In this document: positions 40,768 to 50,317 of the stretch, piece after piece | Position numbering within the stretch: the stretch's first letter is position 1 | How the letters are laid out: the number at the start of each line of letters is the position of its first letter | DNA from: Methanotrichaceae archaeon | Lineage (GTDB): Archaea; Halobacteriota; Methanosarcinia; Methanotrichales; Methanotrichaceae | Direction of reading: 5' to 3' | Length of the DNA: 64,000 bases | Assembly (NCBI GenBank): GCA_963803145.1 | Contig: CAWDLW010000012.1 | Coordinates: 96,001-160,000, forward strand | Program-made: the position numbers and the translations under genes | The notes under the pieces: model-generated | Told to the model about the DNA's origin: nothing | Databases searched by the model: none | What the model saw: the letters and a program-made list of their open reading frames with translations, nothing else

Positions 40768-42012
40768 ATGTCATCTAAAGATATTCTCTCGATTGTTCAA
40801 TCCCACCTCTCCAGGTGTGCCTGCGACATGGGCCTGGATAAAAATGTCTTCGAGATTCTTCGCTCTCCGGCACGTGAGCTTCAAGTCTCTCTGCCGGTTC
40901 GCATGGATGACGGCAGCATCAAGGTTTTTCTGGGCTTCAGGGTTCAATATAACGATGCTCTGGGACCGACTAAAGGCGGAGTAAGATTTCATCCAGATCA
41001 GAGCATGGAAAGTGTCAGGGCTCTAGCAGCTCTCATGACCTGGAAGTGTGCCCTTCACGGCCTTCCCTTGGGCGGCTCCAAGGGCGGAGTCATATGCAAC
41101 CCCAAAGAGCTTTCCAAAGGGGAGTTTGAGCGTCTGAGCCGCTCCTACATCCGTGAGATCTATAGCTTCATTGGGCCTCGCAAAGATATCCCTGCGCCTG
41201 ATGTCAACACGAACGCTCAGGTCATGGCCTGGATGATGGATGAATACTCGAAGATTGCAGGCGAGAATGTCTTCGGCAGCGTGACTGGAAAGCCCGTTGT
41301 CCTCGGTGGGTCTGTGGGCAGAGAGGAGGCCACTGCACTCGGCGGCTGGTACACTATCCGTGAGGCTGCGAAGGCTTTGGGCCTGGAGCTCAAGGGTGCG
41401 AGTGTTGCTGTCCAGGGATATGGAAACGTCGGCTACCATGCAGCCAGGCTTGCTCAAAGATTTGGATGCAAAGTCGTTGCAGTCAGCGACAGCAAGGGCG
41501 GCATACTCTCAGAAAATGGGCTTGAACCTGAAAAGGTCTACAGGCATAAGGCGGAAAGAGGATCTGTTATAGGGTATCCTGGCACAAAGAACATTTCCGG
41601 CGAGGAGTTGTTAGAGCTTGATATGGATATCCTGATACCGGCTGCCCTGGAAGGTGCAATTACTGCGGATAATGCTCCGAATATCAAGGCTAAGATTATC
41701 GCAGAGATGGCCAACAGCCCGACAACGCCGGAGGCCGACGAGATTCTTTTCAATAAAGGCAAACACATCATACCGGATATACTATGCAACGGCGGAGGTG
41801 TAATTGTCTCATACTTCGAGATGGTGCAGAACTTCGATATGTGGTCGTGGGATGAGTCTGAGGTCAATCGCCTGCTGGATAAGAAGATGGTGCAGGCTTA
41901 TGATACGGTGCTGAAGGCTTCGAGGGAATACGACGTAGATATGAGGCAGGCGGCGTATGCTGTTGCTATTAAACGTTTAGTGGAGGCGATGAAGGCTAGA
42001 GGGTGGGTATAA
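40768..42012 (+). CDS. gdhA: Glutamate dehydrogenase
   Basis: GPTKGGVRFHP, GGSKGG, DIPAPD, VQGYGNVG. Confidence 0.95.
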   Translation: MSSKDILSIVQSHLSRCACDMGLDKNVFEILRSPARELQVSLPVRMDDGSIKVFLGFRVQYNDALGPTKGGVRFHPDQSMESVRALAALMTWKCALHGLPLGGSKGGVICNPKELSKGEFERLSRSYIREIYSFIGPRKDIPAPDVNTNAQVMAWMMDEYSKIAGENVFGSVTGKPVVLGGSVGREEATALGGWYTIREAAKALGLELKGASVAVQGYGNVGYHAARLAQRFGCKVVAVSDSKGGILSENGLEPEKVYRHKAERGSVIGYPGTKNISGEELLELDMDILIPAALEGAITADNAPNIKAKIIAEMANSPTTPEADEILFNKGKHIIPDILCNGGGVIVSYFEMVQNFDMWSWDESEVNRLLDKKMVQAYDTVLKASREYDVDMRQAAYAVAIKRLVEAMKARGWV

Positions 42013-42550
42013 ATATAGTGCTTCTCTCGACCTTTTGGCTTATACCATTCATTGTTCTCTATAAGGGCATCAATTTAATTCCCTTTATTTTCCTTCGATT
42101 AGATAATAAATAATATTTAATAAGGAAATTGGCCGAGGTGGTCGGTAGGCCAATCTTTTGCCAAGCTTACTCATAACCGCGTTAGAGATGTCGTATAATG
42201 GACGCAATGTATCTATTCGTGTTTTGGAGGGAATGATTTCTCTATTGTTGGCCTACCAATTTTTGGAATTAAGTTTACATATGTTTAACTCTTTTGGTAG
42301 TAATGGTAAAATCACCATAAGGGTAAAATAGGTAAACACCTATTAAGGTATAGCAAGGAAAGGTAACGAATGATGTCAGATTGGATTTGGAGAAAGCGCA
42401 TGGATAATCTTTGGAAGGTAGGTCAATTCCCATTGCATATCATCCATACAAGGCTTCTCTCTTCTTGCGCTTCCATCAAAGAGCATTCGCATCTGATTTC
42501 GTTATCTTTCCTATCAATAATTGAAAAATTAAATAATTCAGGTGATCTAA

Positions 42551-42727
42551 ATGGAAGGAATAACTGATTCAATGCGACAATATGGGAAAACTGTTGACGA
42601 GGTTATTAAGAAGAATCCAAAGCATGGTAAGGAATATGGAGTTAAACGTCCTGAGAGCGCAAACATAGTAGCAGTGTTGGCCGGTCTATTTGTACTCTCA
42701 GCAATTATCGTTGAATTAACGCGATAA
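42551..42727 (+). CDS. Small tail-anchored membrane protein (58 aa), not in ORF track
   Basis: AGGTGA RBS; MEGITDS...IVAVLAGLFVLSAIIVELTR. Confidence 0.5.
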   Translation: MEGITDSMRQYGKTVDEVIKKNPKHGKEYGVKRPESANIVAVLAGLFVLSAIIVELTR

Positions 42728-43274
42728 ATGCTCCAAAAGGATACGGTTTGGGCCTAAAGGTTTAATGCAATTGAGATAAATGGCATTAATTTTTTGGCGA
42801 TATGAGAATGAAATATATCAATGAGGGGTAAAGATGCAGATGAGACAAAATATGTTTCCCGTATGGATTGGGATTTTATTAATAGTCTTAATTATACTAA
42901 TTGCTTGGGGAATTACACATTGAGATCTTTAGAATTAGCTTCCGATATTCAATTGAACCAAAGTGGCTATTGCTATCATGTGGTGGTGGTTCATGATACG
43001 ATAAGTATGAGCATCCAATAGGATAAATTGAACTAGACCTTTTCTCTGCAGATCTCATGCTGCCCTTAACCCGTATCCTTCACACCGAAGCACCCCAACA
43101 CGCCTGCCTAGCAGCTCCCTCAGTTTTGAAGCCATCTTACAGGGAGAAGTACTGAAATCCTGCCGATTTGTGAAATAATCCATCTACCGCGCTCTTCAAT
43201 ACTTTGTAGATCTCCGAATATGTAAAAGTCAGATAATGATCGAATTGTTAAATAAATTGAAAAGAATATCGATC

Positions 43275-43727
43275 TCATTCCGTCGCACAGGACTCGCCCT
43301 CCATCCCGCCCTCGGGCTTTGCCTCCTCCGGCTTAATCTTTCCGATTTTGACCCAGTAATCCTTGATTGCAGCATGCAGCGCATCGGCGCCTAGGTTGGA
43401 GCAGTGCATCTTCTGCGGCGGCAAACCCTCCAGCTCAGTCGCCACATCTTTCCGTGTAATCTTCATCGCCTCATCAAGCGTTTTGCCCTTGGCCATTTCT
43501 GTAACCATGCTACTGACGGCTATCGCTGACCCGCAGCCAAAGGTTCTGAACTTTATGTCATCGATCTTGTCATCCTTGACCTTGATGAAGATCTCCATCA
43601 GATCACCGCAGACAGGATTTCCAACCTTGCCGTAGCCGTCAGGGTTTTCTATTACCCCCACATTCCTGGGGTTCATGAAGTGCTCCATCACCTTTTTACT
43701 GTAACCTATCTGTGCCATCACAATCAC
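43275..43727 (-). CDS. iscU: Fe-S scaffold IscU/NifU
   Basis: GNPVCGD, FGCGSAIA, KMHCS. Confidence 0.95.
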   Translation of the reverse strand: MIVMAQIGYSKKVMEHFMNPRNVGVIENPDGYGKVGNPVCGDLMEIFIKVKDDKIDDIKFRTFGCGSAIAVSSMVTEMAKGKTLDEAMKITRKDVATELEGLPPQKMHCSNLGADALHAAIKDYWVKIGKIKPEEAKPEGGMEGESCATE

Positions 43728-43770
43728 CTAATAAATCATATCAAATTCTATCAAATCAGCTTGGTCAACT

Positions 43771-44925
43771 TCAAAGCGGAGAGAAGGCCCTCAGCCTCTC
43801 AACAGTCTTTTTAACGGCATCTGCTACTGCAGGCACTTGATCTACTGTGTTAAATTTGCCAAGCGTCATAAGCATCGAGCCATGGGCTTCAACGTGCTTT
43901 AAGCCTATGGCCAGAAGCACATGTGAAGGCTCAAGGGTCTTTGAGGAGCAGGCTGATCCCGTTGAGACCTGGATATTGAACATGGCATCCAGCGTTAGAA
44001 GTATGCTTTCGCCCTCAATTCGGCTGAACCTGAAGCTGGCATTGTTCGGAAGCCTTTTTGTCGGGTGGCCTGCGAGGTAGGACTCTCCGATCTTTAGTAT
44101 CTCGCCTATCAGCACATCCCTTATATGCCGGAGCCTTTCGCTCTCAGCCTCCATTTCAATTTTTGCAATCCTTGCAGCCTCGCCGAACCCTGCAAGAGCG
44201 AAGAGATCCTCAGTGCCTGGTTGGAGGCCACGCTCCTGGCCGCCTCCGAAGATAACAGGCTGTGTCCTTATGCCAGGCTTGATGTATAGCGCTCCTGCTC
44301 CCTGAGGGCCATAAAGATCATTGGATGATATAGTCAGCAGATCTATGCCATCCTTTTGAACATCAACAGGAATTTTGCCCGCTGCTTGAGTCGCATCGAC
44401 ATGCAGATATTTCCCTTTGGCATGAACGATTCTGCTCACCTCATCGATTGGCTCAATGGTCCCGATCTCAGGGCTTGCATACATCACAGATGTTAAAATG
44501 GTATCCGGAGATAGCATATTTTCAAGGGCAGCCAGATCGATTATGCCTGCCGAGTCCACAGGCACCAGCGAGAGCTGGAAGCCAACCTTCTGAAGGTATT
44601 TCATCGGGTTTAGAACTGAGATATGCTCTATTGCGCTTGCAAGAACCTTTTTTCCCTGATTCGCGTTCCTGGCGGCAGTTCCATGGATTGCCAGATTGTT
44701 GGCCTCAGTTGCAGAGCCGGTGAAGATTATTGTGCTCGGGTCCTCAGCGTTTATCAGCTCTGCAACCTTTGTTCTTGCATCCTCAACTGCCGTTCTGGCA
44801 GCAATGCCTACTGAATGAAGCGCAGAAGGATTGCCGAACTCCTCCGTAAGATAGCGGCCCGCAAACTCACCGACACGCGGATCTACTGGGTAGGCCGACT
44901 GGTAGTCAAGATATATCCCGCGCAT
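43771..44925 (-). CDS. iscS: IscS/NifS-family protein (PLP Lys replaced by Asp)
   Basis: FGNPSALH, EHISV, SSNDLYGP, STGSACSS. Confidence 0.92.
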   Translation of the reverse strand: MRGIYLDYQSAYPVDPRVGEFAGRYLTEEFGNPSALHSVGIAARTAVEDARTKVAELINAEDPSTIIFTGSATEANNLAIHGTAARNANQGKKVLASAIEHISVLNPMKYLQKVGFQLSLVPVDSAGIIDLAALENMLSPDTILTSVMYASPEIGTIEPIDEVSRIVHAKGKYLHVDATQAAGKIPVDVQKDGIDLLTISSNDLYGPQGAGALYIKPGIRTQPVIFGGGQERGLQPGTEDLFALAGFGEAARIAKIEMEAESERLRHIRDVLIGEILKIGESYLAGHPTKRLPNNASFRFSRIEGESILLTLDAMFNIQVSTGSACSSKTLEPSHVLLAIGLKHVEAHGSMLMTLGKFNTVDQVPAVADAVKKTVERLRAFSPL

Positions 44926-44938
44926 AAATCCTCCTGGT

Positions 44939-45298
44939 CTAGAAGCTTATGACCGCATCTGCATCCAAGGCAAGATCATTCAATGTCCCTGCACCTGCGA
45001 TCGTGGCCGCCGGCATAAAATCACCTCTTGGAATTCCCAGCAGCTGAGTGCTCTGCTCACAGACATACATCTTCACGCCAGCGTTTATTGCCTGATCAAT
45101 AACATCCTTAAGGTTCGGGAAACTGCCTATCTTCACCTTCTCGGCCTCACCTTTTTTCATAGCCATTATGCCCTTGATCATGAAGAAGATCGATGCATCC
45201 ACATCCATCGCCTTTGCTGTCATGCCGAGAATGAAGGGCGCATAAAGCCGCTCAGGTGTGTCGAGACCGCTCGTCTGCACATAAAGTATGCTGCTCAT
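44939..45298 (-). CDS. DsrE-family sulfur relay protein
   Basis: LYVQTSG..TPER, YVCEQS. Confidence 0.85.
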   Translation of the reverse strand: MSSILYVQTSGLDTPERLYAPFILGMTAKAMDVDASIFFMIKGIMAMKKGEAEKVKIGSFPNLKDVIDQAINAGVKMYVCEQSTQLLGIPRGDFMPAATIAGAGTLNDLALDADAVISF

Positions 45299-45365
45299 AT
45301 CTACCATCTCTCTTTCATTTTCTTTCATCTATTGTTTCAGCTTATCTTTATTCAATTTATTTTAC

Positions 45366-45608
45366 TCACTTCATCCTCTTTATCCAGAAGGTCGATATAT
45401 TGCCTGACCTCTCGAACTTAAGCAACTCGTGCCCTGTGCGTTTTGCCCAGCGCTTAATATCCTCCTCTGCCGCAGGATCATCGGCCTCCACCTTCAATAC
45501 TTGTCCTACCTCAATTTTCTCTATCTCCTCTTTTGTTCGGGCAATTGGCATTGGACAAAAGAGGCCGACACAATCCAGCTCTGCATCAGGAGTTATATTT
45601 GAAACCAC
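45366..45608 (-). CDS. tusA: TusA/SirA sulfur carrier
   Basis: LDCVGLFCPMP, ADDP. Confidence 0.92.
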   Translation of the reverse strand: MVSNITPDAELDCVGLFCPMPIARTKEEIEKIEVGQVLKVEADDPAAEEDIKRWAKRTGHELLKFERSGNISTFWIKRMK

Positions 45609-45740
45609 GTCTGATCACCTTTTAATGGGCATGCAACATAAACGCTAGGAGACTCAAAGTTGCATTCGGCTTTATCCATTCTCAACATCGCTTAGAATTT
45701 GTACGTTATTGTATATGTATCTTCTCAAATTATAGGTATC

Positions 45741-46295
45741 TTATTTTAATATCATTTGCAGCCCTGCTACAATATTAGCGGACATAAAGATTAACGCTAT
45801 TCTGCCTAGCCATTTATGAGCTACTCGCATCCTCTTATCTTTAAGTTTGAACTGCATAAATCCTATTATTGGTGTGAGGATGACAAATGACACTGCTCCT
45901 ATGCCGAGGTAAGAGTGGATCTCTCTAACGAAATAAACCTCAAAATACGTTGAGAGTAAAAATGCTGCTGTGAAAATTCCGATCATTGATAGGGATGCGC
46001 CAAGTAGTCCCATCGTCTTATGTGCCTTAAGCCACCATCTCTTGCCCTTTTTATGCCTTGCGGTGAGCATACCTGCTGTCATGAGCATCAGCCCTGTAGA
46101 TACAAGGAATGCGTGATATGGCCAGTGAGGCGGCGGATTATCGCTATCGTTGCCCATTCCATGAGCATACGCACTTCCAGAGAGTGCCATGAAGGATAAA
46201 GCGAGGATGCTTACAAGGATTATTGACTCTAGGATTTTTGATGGAATAAAATTATTTTGGATTTTGTAGCGATGCTCTGAATTTAGATTTCCCAT
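45741..46295 (-). CDS. Membrane protein, cytochrome b561-like His pattern
   Basis: TM helices with His in YHAFL, AHKTMG, IHSYLG, AHKWLGR. Confidence 0.7.
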   Translation of the reverse strand: MGNLNSEHRYKIQNNFIPSKILESIILVSILALSFMALSGSAYAHGMGNDSDNPPPHWPYHAFLVSTGLMLMTAGMLTARHKKGKRWWLKAHKTMGLLGASLSMIGIFTAAFLLSTYFEVYFVREIHSYLGIGAVSFVILTPIIGFMQFKLKDKRMRVAHKWLGRIALIFMSANIVAGLQMILK

Positions 46296-46535
46296 TGTAT
46301 TTACTTTAGGTATTTAATACTACTTAAAATTTTCTTAAATATAGATAAAAAAGATAAATTTGAAGATATCGTTATTTCTATCAACTAATGTAAAAATTCT
46401 CGCTACAAACTCCGGATGTCTAGTAATCATAATAATATAAATTTCAATGTATTATGTACTGATCATTTCGAAGACCATCAGGAAATATGGGAAAATTTCA
46501 TCTAGATAGAGGCTAAAGAGATTTAAGGTGAGATA

Positions 46536-46700
46536 ATGGATAAATACGTCTGTAAAGTCTGCGGGTACATCTACGATCCCGACAAGGGAGACTCGACACA
46601 GAACATCGCTCCTGGAACATCCTTCGAGGACCTGCCCGACGATTGGCTCTGCCCCGAATGTGGCGTAGGGAAGGATCAGTTCGAGAAAATAGTTGAGTAA
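46536..46700 (+). CDS. Rubredoxin (54 aa), not in ORF track
   Basis: [15 protein letters not shown]...[18 protein letters not shown]. Confidence 0.95.
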   Translation: MDKYVCKVCGYIYDPDKGDSTQNIAPGTSFEDLPDDWLCPECGVGKDQFEKIVE

Positions 46701-46765
46701 TCTAGATTAGGGATAATTCCCACATAAACAATATCAGCAATAACAATGGCGTGAAGGGATTGCAT

Positions 46766-47326
46766 ATGCTTAGCCAAAAGATGACAGACGCGCTCAATGG
46801 ACAGGCGAACAGAGAGTTTTACTCGGCCTATCTTTATCTCTCAATGTCTGCTTACTTTGAGTCCTCAGGCATGAGGGGAATGGCAAACTGGATGAGAGTC
46901 CAGGCTAGCGAGGAACTCGTGCATGCCATGAAGATGTATGATTATGTAATCGCCGCAGGTGGCAGGGCGAAGATGCTGGCGGTCGAGGAGCCCCAGTTCT
47001 CCTGGGCATCGCCTGTGGATGCATTCCAGCATGTGTGGAATCATGAACGTGCTGTTACCGGACTCATAAAAGCCCTCGTTGGTGTCTCGCTCTCAGAGAA
47101 GGATGATGCTACAAACAAATTCCTGCTATGGTACATAGATGAGCAAGTCGAGGAGGAGGAATCATCTGATACAGTGCTGAATAAGGTCAAGGCAGCAGGC
47201 AATGATACCAGCAAGCTTCAAGCTGTGGATAAGGAGCTCGGCCAGAGACGTTTCAAGTTCCCTAGGGGATATAACATATTTCCATACGGGGCTGAAGGTA
47301 TGAGCATAGGGTCATTGAAAAAGTGA
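46766..47326 (+). CDS. ftn: Non-heme ferritin
   Basis: REFYSAYLY, EELVHA, EQVEEE. Confidence 0.92.
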   Translation: MLSQKMTDALNGQANREFYSAYLYLSMSAYFESSGMRGMANWMRVQASEELVHAMKMYDYVIAAGGRAKMLAVEEPQFSWASPVDAFQHVWNHERAVTGLIKALVGVSLSEKDDATNKFLLWYIDEQVEEEESSDTVLNKVKAAGNDTSKLQAVDKELGQRRFKFPRGYNIFPYGAEGMSIGSLKK

Positions 47327-47480
47327 GAGCTGATGCAAACCGAGAGTCGTGCTCTCGATGATTTTTATTGTTTGCCATGCCTAATTAGTTTAAATTATTT
47401 AGCAGTAATCTATACTTCCTTCTTAAGGATACCTATATTTACCTTCGAAACATTGCTATTTTGCAACCGAGGTAATACCC

Positions 47481-48212
47481 ATGAAATGGACTGCGCTTCT
47501 GATAGCATCTCTGATGCTTCTGTCCCTTTGTGCTATGGGACAACCAAATCAATACAGCACAAGAACAACAGGTGGCGCGCCTACGCCGATAACACCAACA
47601 AGCCCAGAATCTCTGGGCCTCCAGATGCCATCGCCAACAGAATCCTCTCAGGCTCCAACACCGGAGGAGAATTCGCAGGGGCTGATGAGTACAAGTCAGG
47701 ATATGGCCTATTCTGCCTCACCCCAGGGCCAGAGTTTGATGGCTACAGGTTCTACGATCGCCAAAATGGTAGTTCCATCTGGCGGCTATGCGCCAAACAT
47801 TCTCTATGTCTTATATGCGCCCCAGACTGTGGCAGCCTGCAATCTCTATGCATATCTGCCTCTGTGGTTGCAGACATCAAGCTACGGCAGCGCCTGGTTC
47901 TATGAGTGGTACCCGAGTGGACAGTTGGATATCAACTATGCGGGCTTCATAAACTATCCAGGATGGTATAAGAGATGGTTCTTTGCCGATGTGCCGGGCT
48001 GGCATATCCTGCAGTACTATTGCAACGGCTGGAGCAACTACGCCTATGTCTATGTTTATGGCCAGGGACCAGGCTATTGGGTCAACCCCGGACCTTATTA
48101 CCAGCCTAATCCGTTGCCCTATATGCCACAGGAATCAAATCCTCCGATTTATCCCTTCTCGGTCCCGGCAACTGGCCATACTTTCTTCAAATCCAAGATG
48201 ACCCTGAATTGA
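47481..48212 (+). CDS. Secreted hypothetical protein
   Basis: Signal peptide, P/S/T-rich linker, aromatic-rich domain. Confidence 0.7.
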   Translation: MKWTALLIASLMLLSLCAMGQPNQYSTRTTGGAPTPITPTSPESLGLQMPSPTESSQAPTPEENSQGLMSTSQDMAYSASPQGQSLMATGSTIAKMVVPSGGYAPNILYVLYAPQTVAACNLYAYLPLWLQTSSYGSAWFYEWYPSGQLDINYAGFINYPGWYKRWFFADVPGWHILQYYCNGWSNYAYVYVYGQGPGYWVNPGPYYQPNPLPYMPQESNPPIYPFSVPATGHTFFKSKMTLN

Positions 48213-48408
48213 AATTGAATTCGTGACCTGGAATTATTGAATGCTGAGATTAGGGCTGGGATAAAGCTGAGATAAAACTGAGGCAAAACGTGAGCGAGAC
48301 AAGTTCATTGAATACTGCTCGCTCAGTTCCTATTTTATCTATTAAGCTAATTGGTTCCAATGCTGAGATAATAACCATAGCGCTGAATTCAAGATAAATC
48401 AATCCGGA

Positions 48409-48645
48409 TTATGTGCTTTTCTTCTGCCACCTTCCGGATCTTTCATCCTTCTCGTAAACCTGCTTTACAGCCGACCAGGCAACTTTATGGGCAGTCTCTT
48501 CTCGGGAGGCATCCTCTTTGCGCTCCTTCGGATTTGCGTACTCCTCCCATGCATTGTTGAATGCTTTAAGATAAATCTCCTGGGCATGCTCCGGCAGGTT
48601 TTCCCTTACACTGGCAGGAAGATCACTTATACTTTTATAGGGCAA
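48409..48645 (-). CDS. chaB: ChaB-family protein
   Basis: DLPASVRENLPEHAQEIY..AFN...AHKVAWSAVK. Confidence 0.92.
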   Translation of the reverse strand: MPYKSISDLPASVRENLPEHAQEIYLKAFNNAWEEYANPKERKEDASREETAHKVAWSAVKQVYEKDERSGRWQKKST

Positions 48646-48758
48646 CTCTAAACCTCCAATAAGAAATTTAGTTCAATTGTTAATTAATTTTTCGTTTTAG
48701 AAGATATACTACAATGATAAACCTCTTAAGGATATACGCCATTCAAGGACCCTAGCCC

Positions 48759-49826
48759 ATGCCGATCAAACTCCGCATAACCACCTTCAATCTGCTAAAC
48801 CTGGATGATAAAAGCGAGCGTCCTCCGACCCTAGAGGAACGGATCCCTGTCATGCGGCCTCAGCTCATCCGTCTGAACGCCGACATTCTCTGCCTCCAGG
48901 AGGTATGCGGCCAGGAAGATCGTGGTCATTTGCGCCTTAGCGCCCTCAATAAGCTTCTTGAATGTACGCCTTATGAGGGCTTCCATAGGGTCTCGACAGT
49001 GGCAGACGATAGGGGGAATGCCTACGAGAACCATAACAACCTGGTTATACTCAGCCGTTACGAGATCGTTGAGCACCATCAATATCTTCATGACTACGCT
49101 CCATCGCCGAGGTATCAGAAAGTTACTGCCCAGCCTGAGGAGCACGAGGCAAAAGAAGTATCCTGGGATAGGCCGATACTTCATGCGAAGATTAGGCTTC
49201 CCAACAACATGACATTGGATGTTATTAATCTTCACCTGAAGTCGAGGCGACCGACGAATATTCAGGGACATAAGATAGATGAAAGAACCTGGAGGACTGC
49301 ATCGGGTTGGGCGGAGGGCGTCTTTATATCATCGATGAAGAGAATCGGTCAGGCGCTGGAGACACGCATTTTGATCGACAGGCTTTTCGACGAGGACCCA
49401 TCAGCCATCATAGCAGTATGTGGCGACTTTAACGAGGAGCTCGATGAGGTTGCACTTGAGGCCATCAGAGGGGATTTGGAGAATACAGGCAATCTCGACC
49501 TGGCAATGAGGGTCATGGTCCCATGCGAGCGCAATATTCCTGAGCCAGCAAGATACTCGTTCCTGCATAACGGCAAGGGCAAGATGCTGGATCACATCCT
49601 TGTATCTAGGACATTACTAGCCTACTTCACGGGCTCTGAAGTACATAACGAACTGCTCCATGATGAATCCATAGTCTTCACTCCAAGGGTGTTTTATCCC
49701 GAGTCGGATCACGCTCCTGTTATAGCGCGATTCGAGCTGCCTGAAGCAAGAATTAAATGGGCGACGGTCCCTCCAAAGGATGAAAGATGCGATAGAAAGG
49801 ATCGGTGGGCGAACTATCAGCGTTGA
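48759..49826 (+). CDS. Endonuclease/exonuclease/phosphatase-family protein
   Basis: TFNL.N, LCLQE, GDFN, LDHI, SDHAP. Confidence 0.9.
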   Translation: MPIKLRITTFNLLNLDDKSERPPTLEERIPVMRPQLIRLNADILCLQEVCGQEDRGHLRLSALNKLLECTPYEGFHRVSTVADDRGNAYENHNNLVILSRYEIVEHHQYLHDYAPSPRYQKVTAQPEEHEAKEVSWDRPILHAKIRLPNNMTLDVINLHLKSRRPTNIQGHKIDERTWRTASGWAEGVFISSMKRIGQALETRILIDRLFDEDPSAIIAVCGDFNEELDEVALEAIRGDLENTGNLDLAMRVMVPCERNIPEPARYSFLHNGKGKMLDHILVSRTLLAYFTGSEVHNELLHDESIVFTPRVFYPESDHAPVIARFELPEARIKWATVPPKDERCDRKDRWANYQR

Positions 49827-50317
49827 AAACGATTCTTACGGAATTTCATCAACTCCAATTCTGTTCTGAGAAACACATTTGATATAGTTATGTCCAATAA
49901 ACGAAAATATTTCTAGATTTTAGCCCAAACTTTTGAATATTTTGTAAAGCTTATAGCTATGCCACTATCTCCCTAAGCATCTCCAATTAGTAACATCCTA
50001 ACCGATAGCTTAATATCCATTGAGGTCTTATTCGACTTTTGTCGAATACGAACTCGTCATGATACGTAGGAGGGAGATGAATCACCTGATATATGGCTTA
50101 CTGCGAACGCTTTCATGATTGTAATGCCTTTGTTATAATATATCTATGGCAAACATCGAAGATGAAAGTGTTCACTAGGGCATTGAGTGCATTACTATGA
50201 ATGGTATTGTATAAGTAGTAACATATGGTATATTCTATTATGATTACTACCACTGTTCATATTATCTAGTAAAGTCCTTGAATAATACTTGGCCAATGGT
50301 CAGGAGGCGAATATTAG

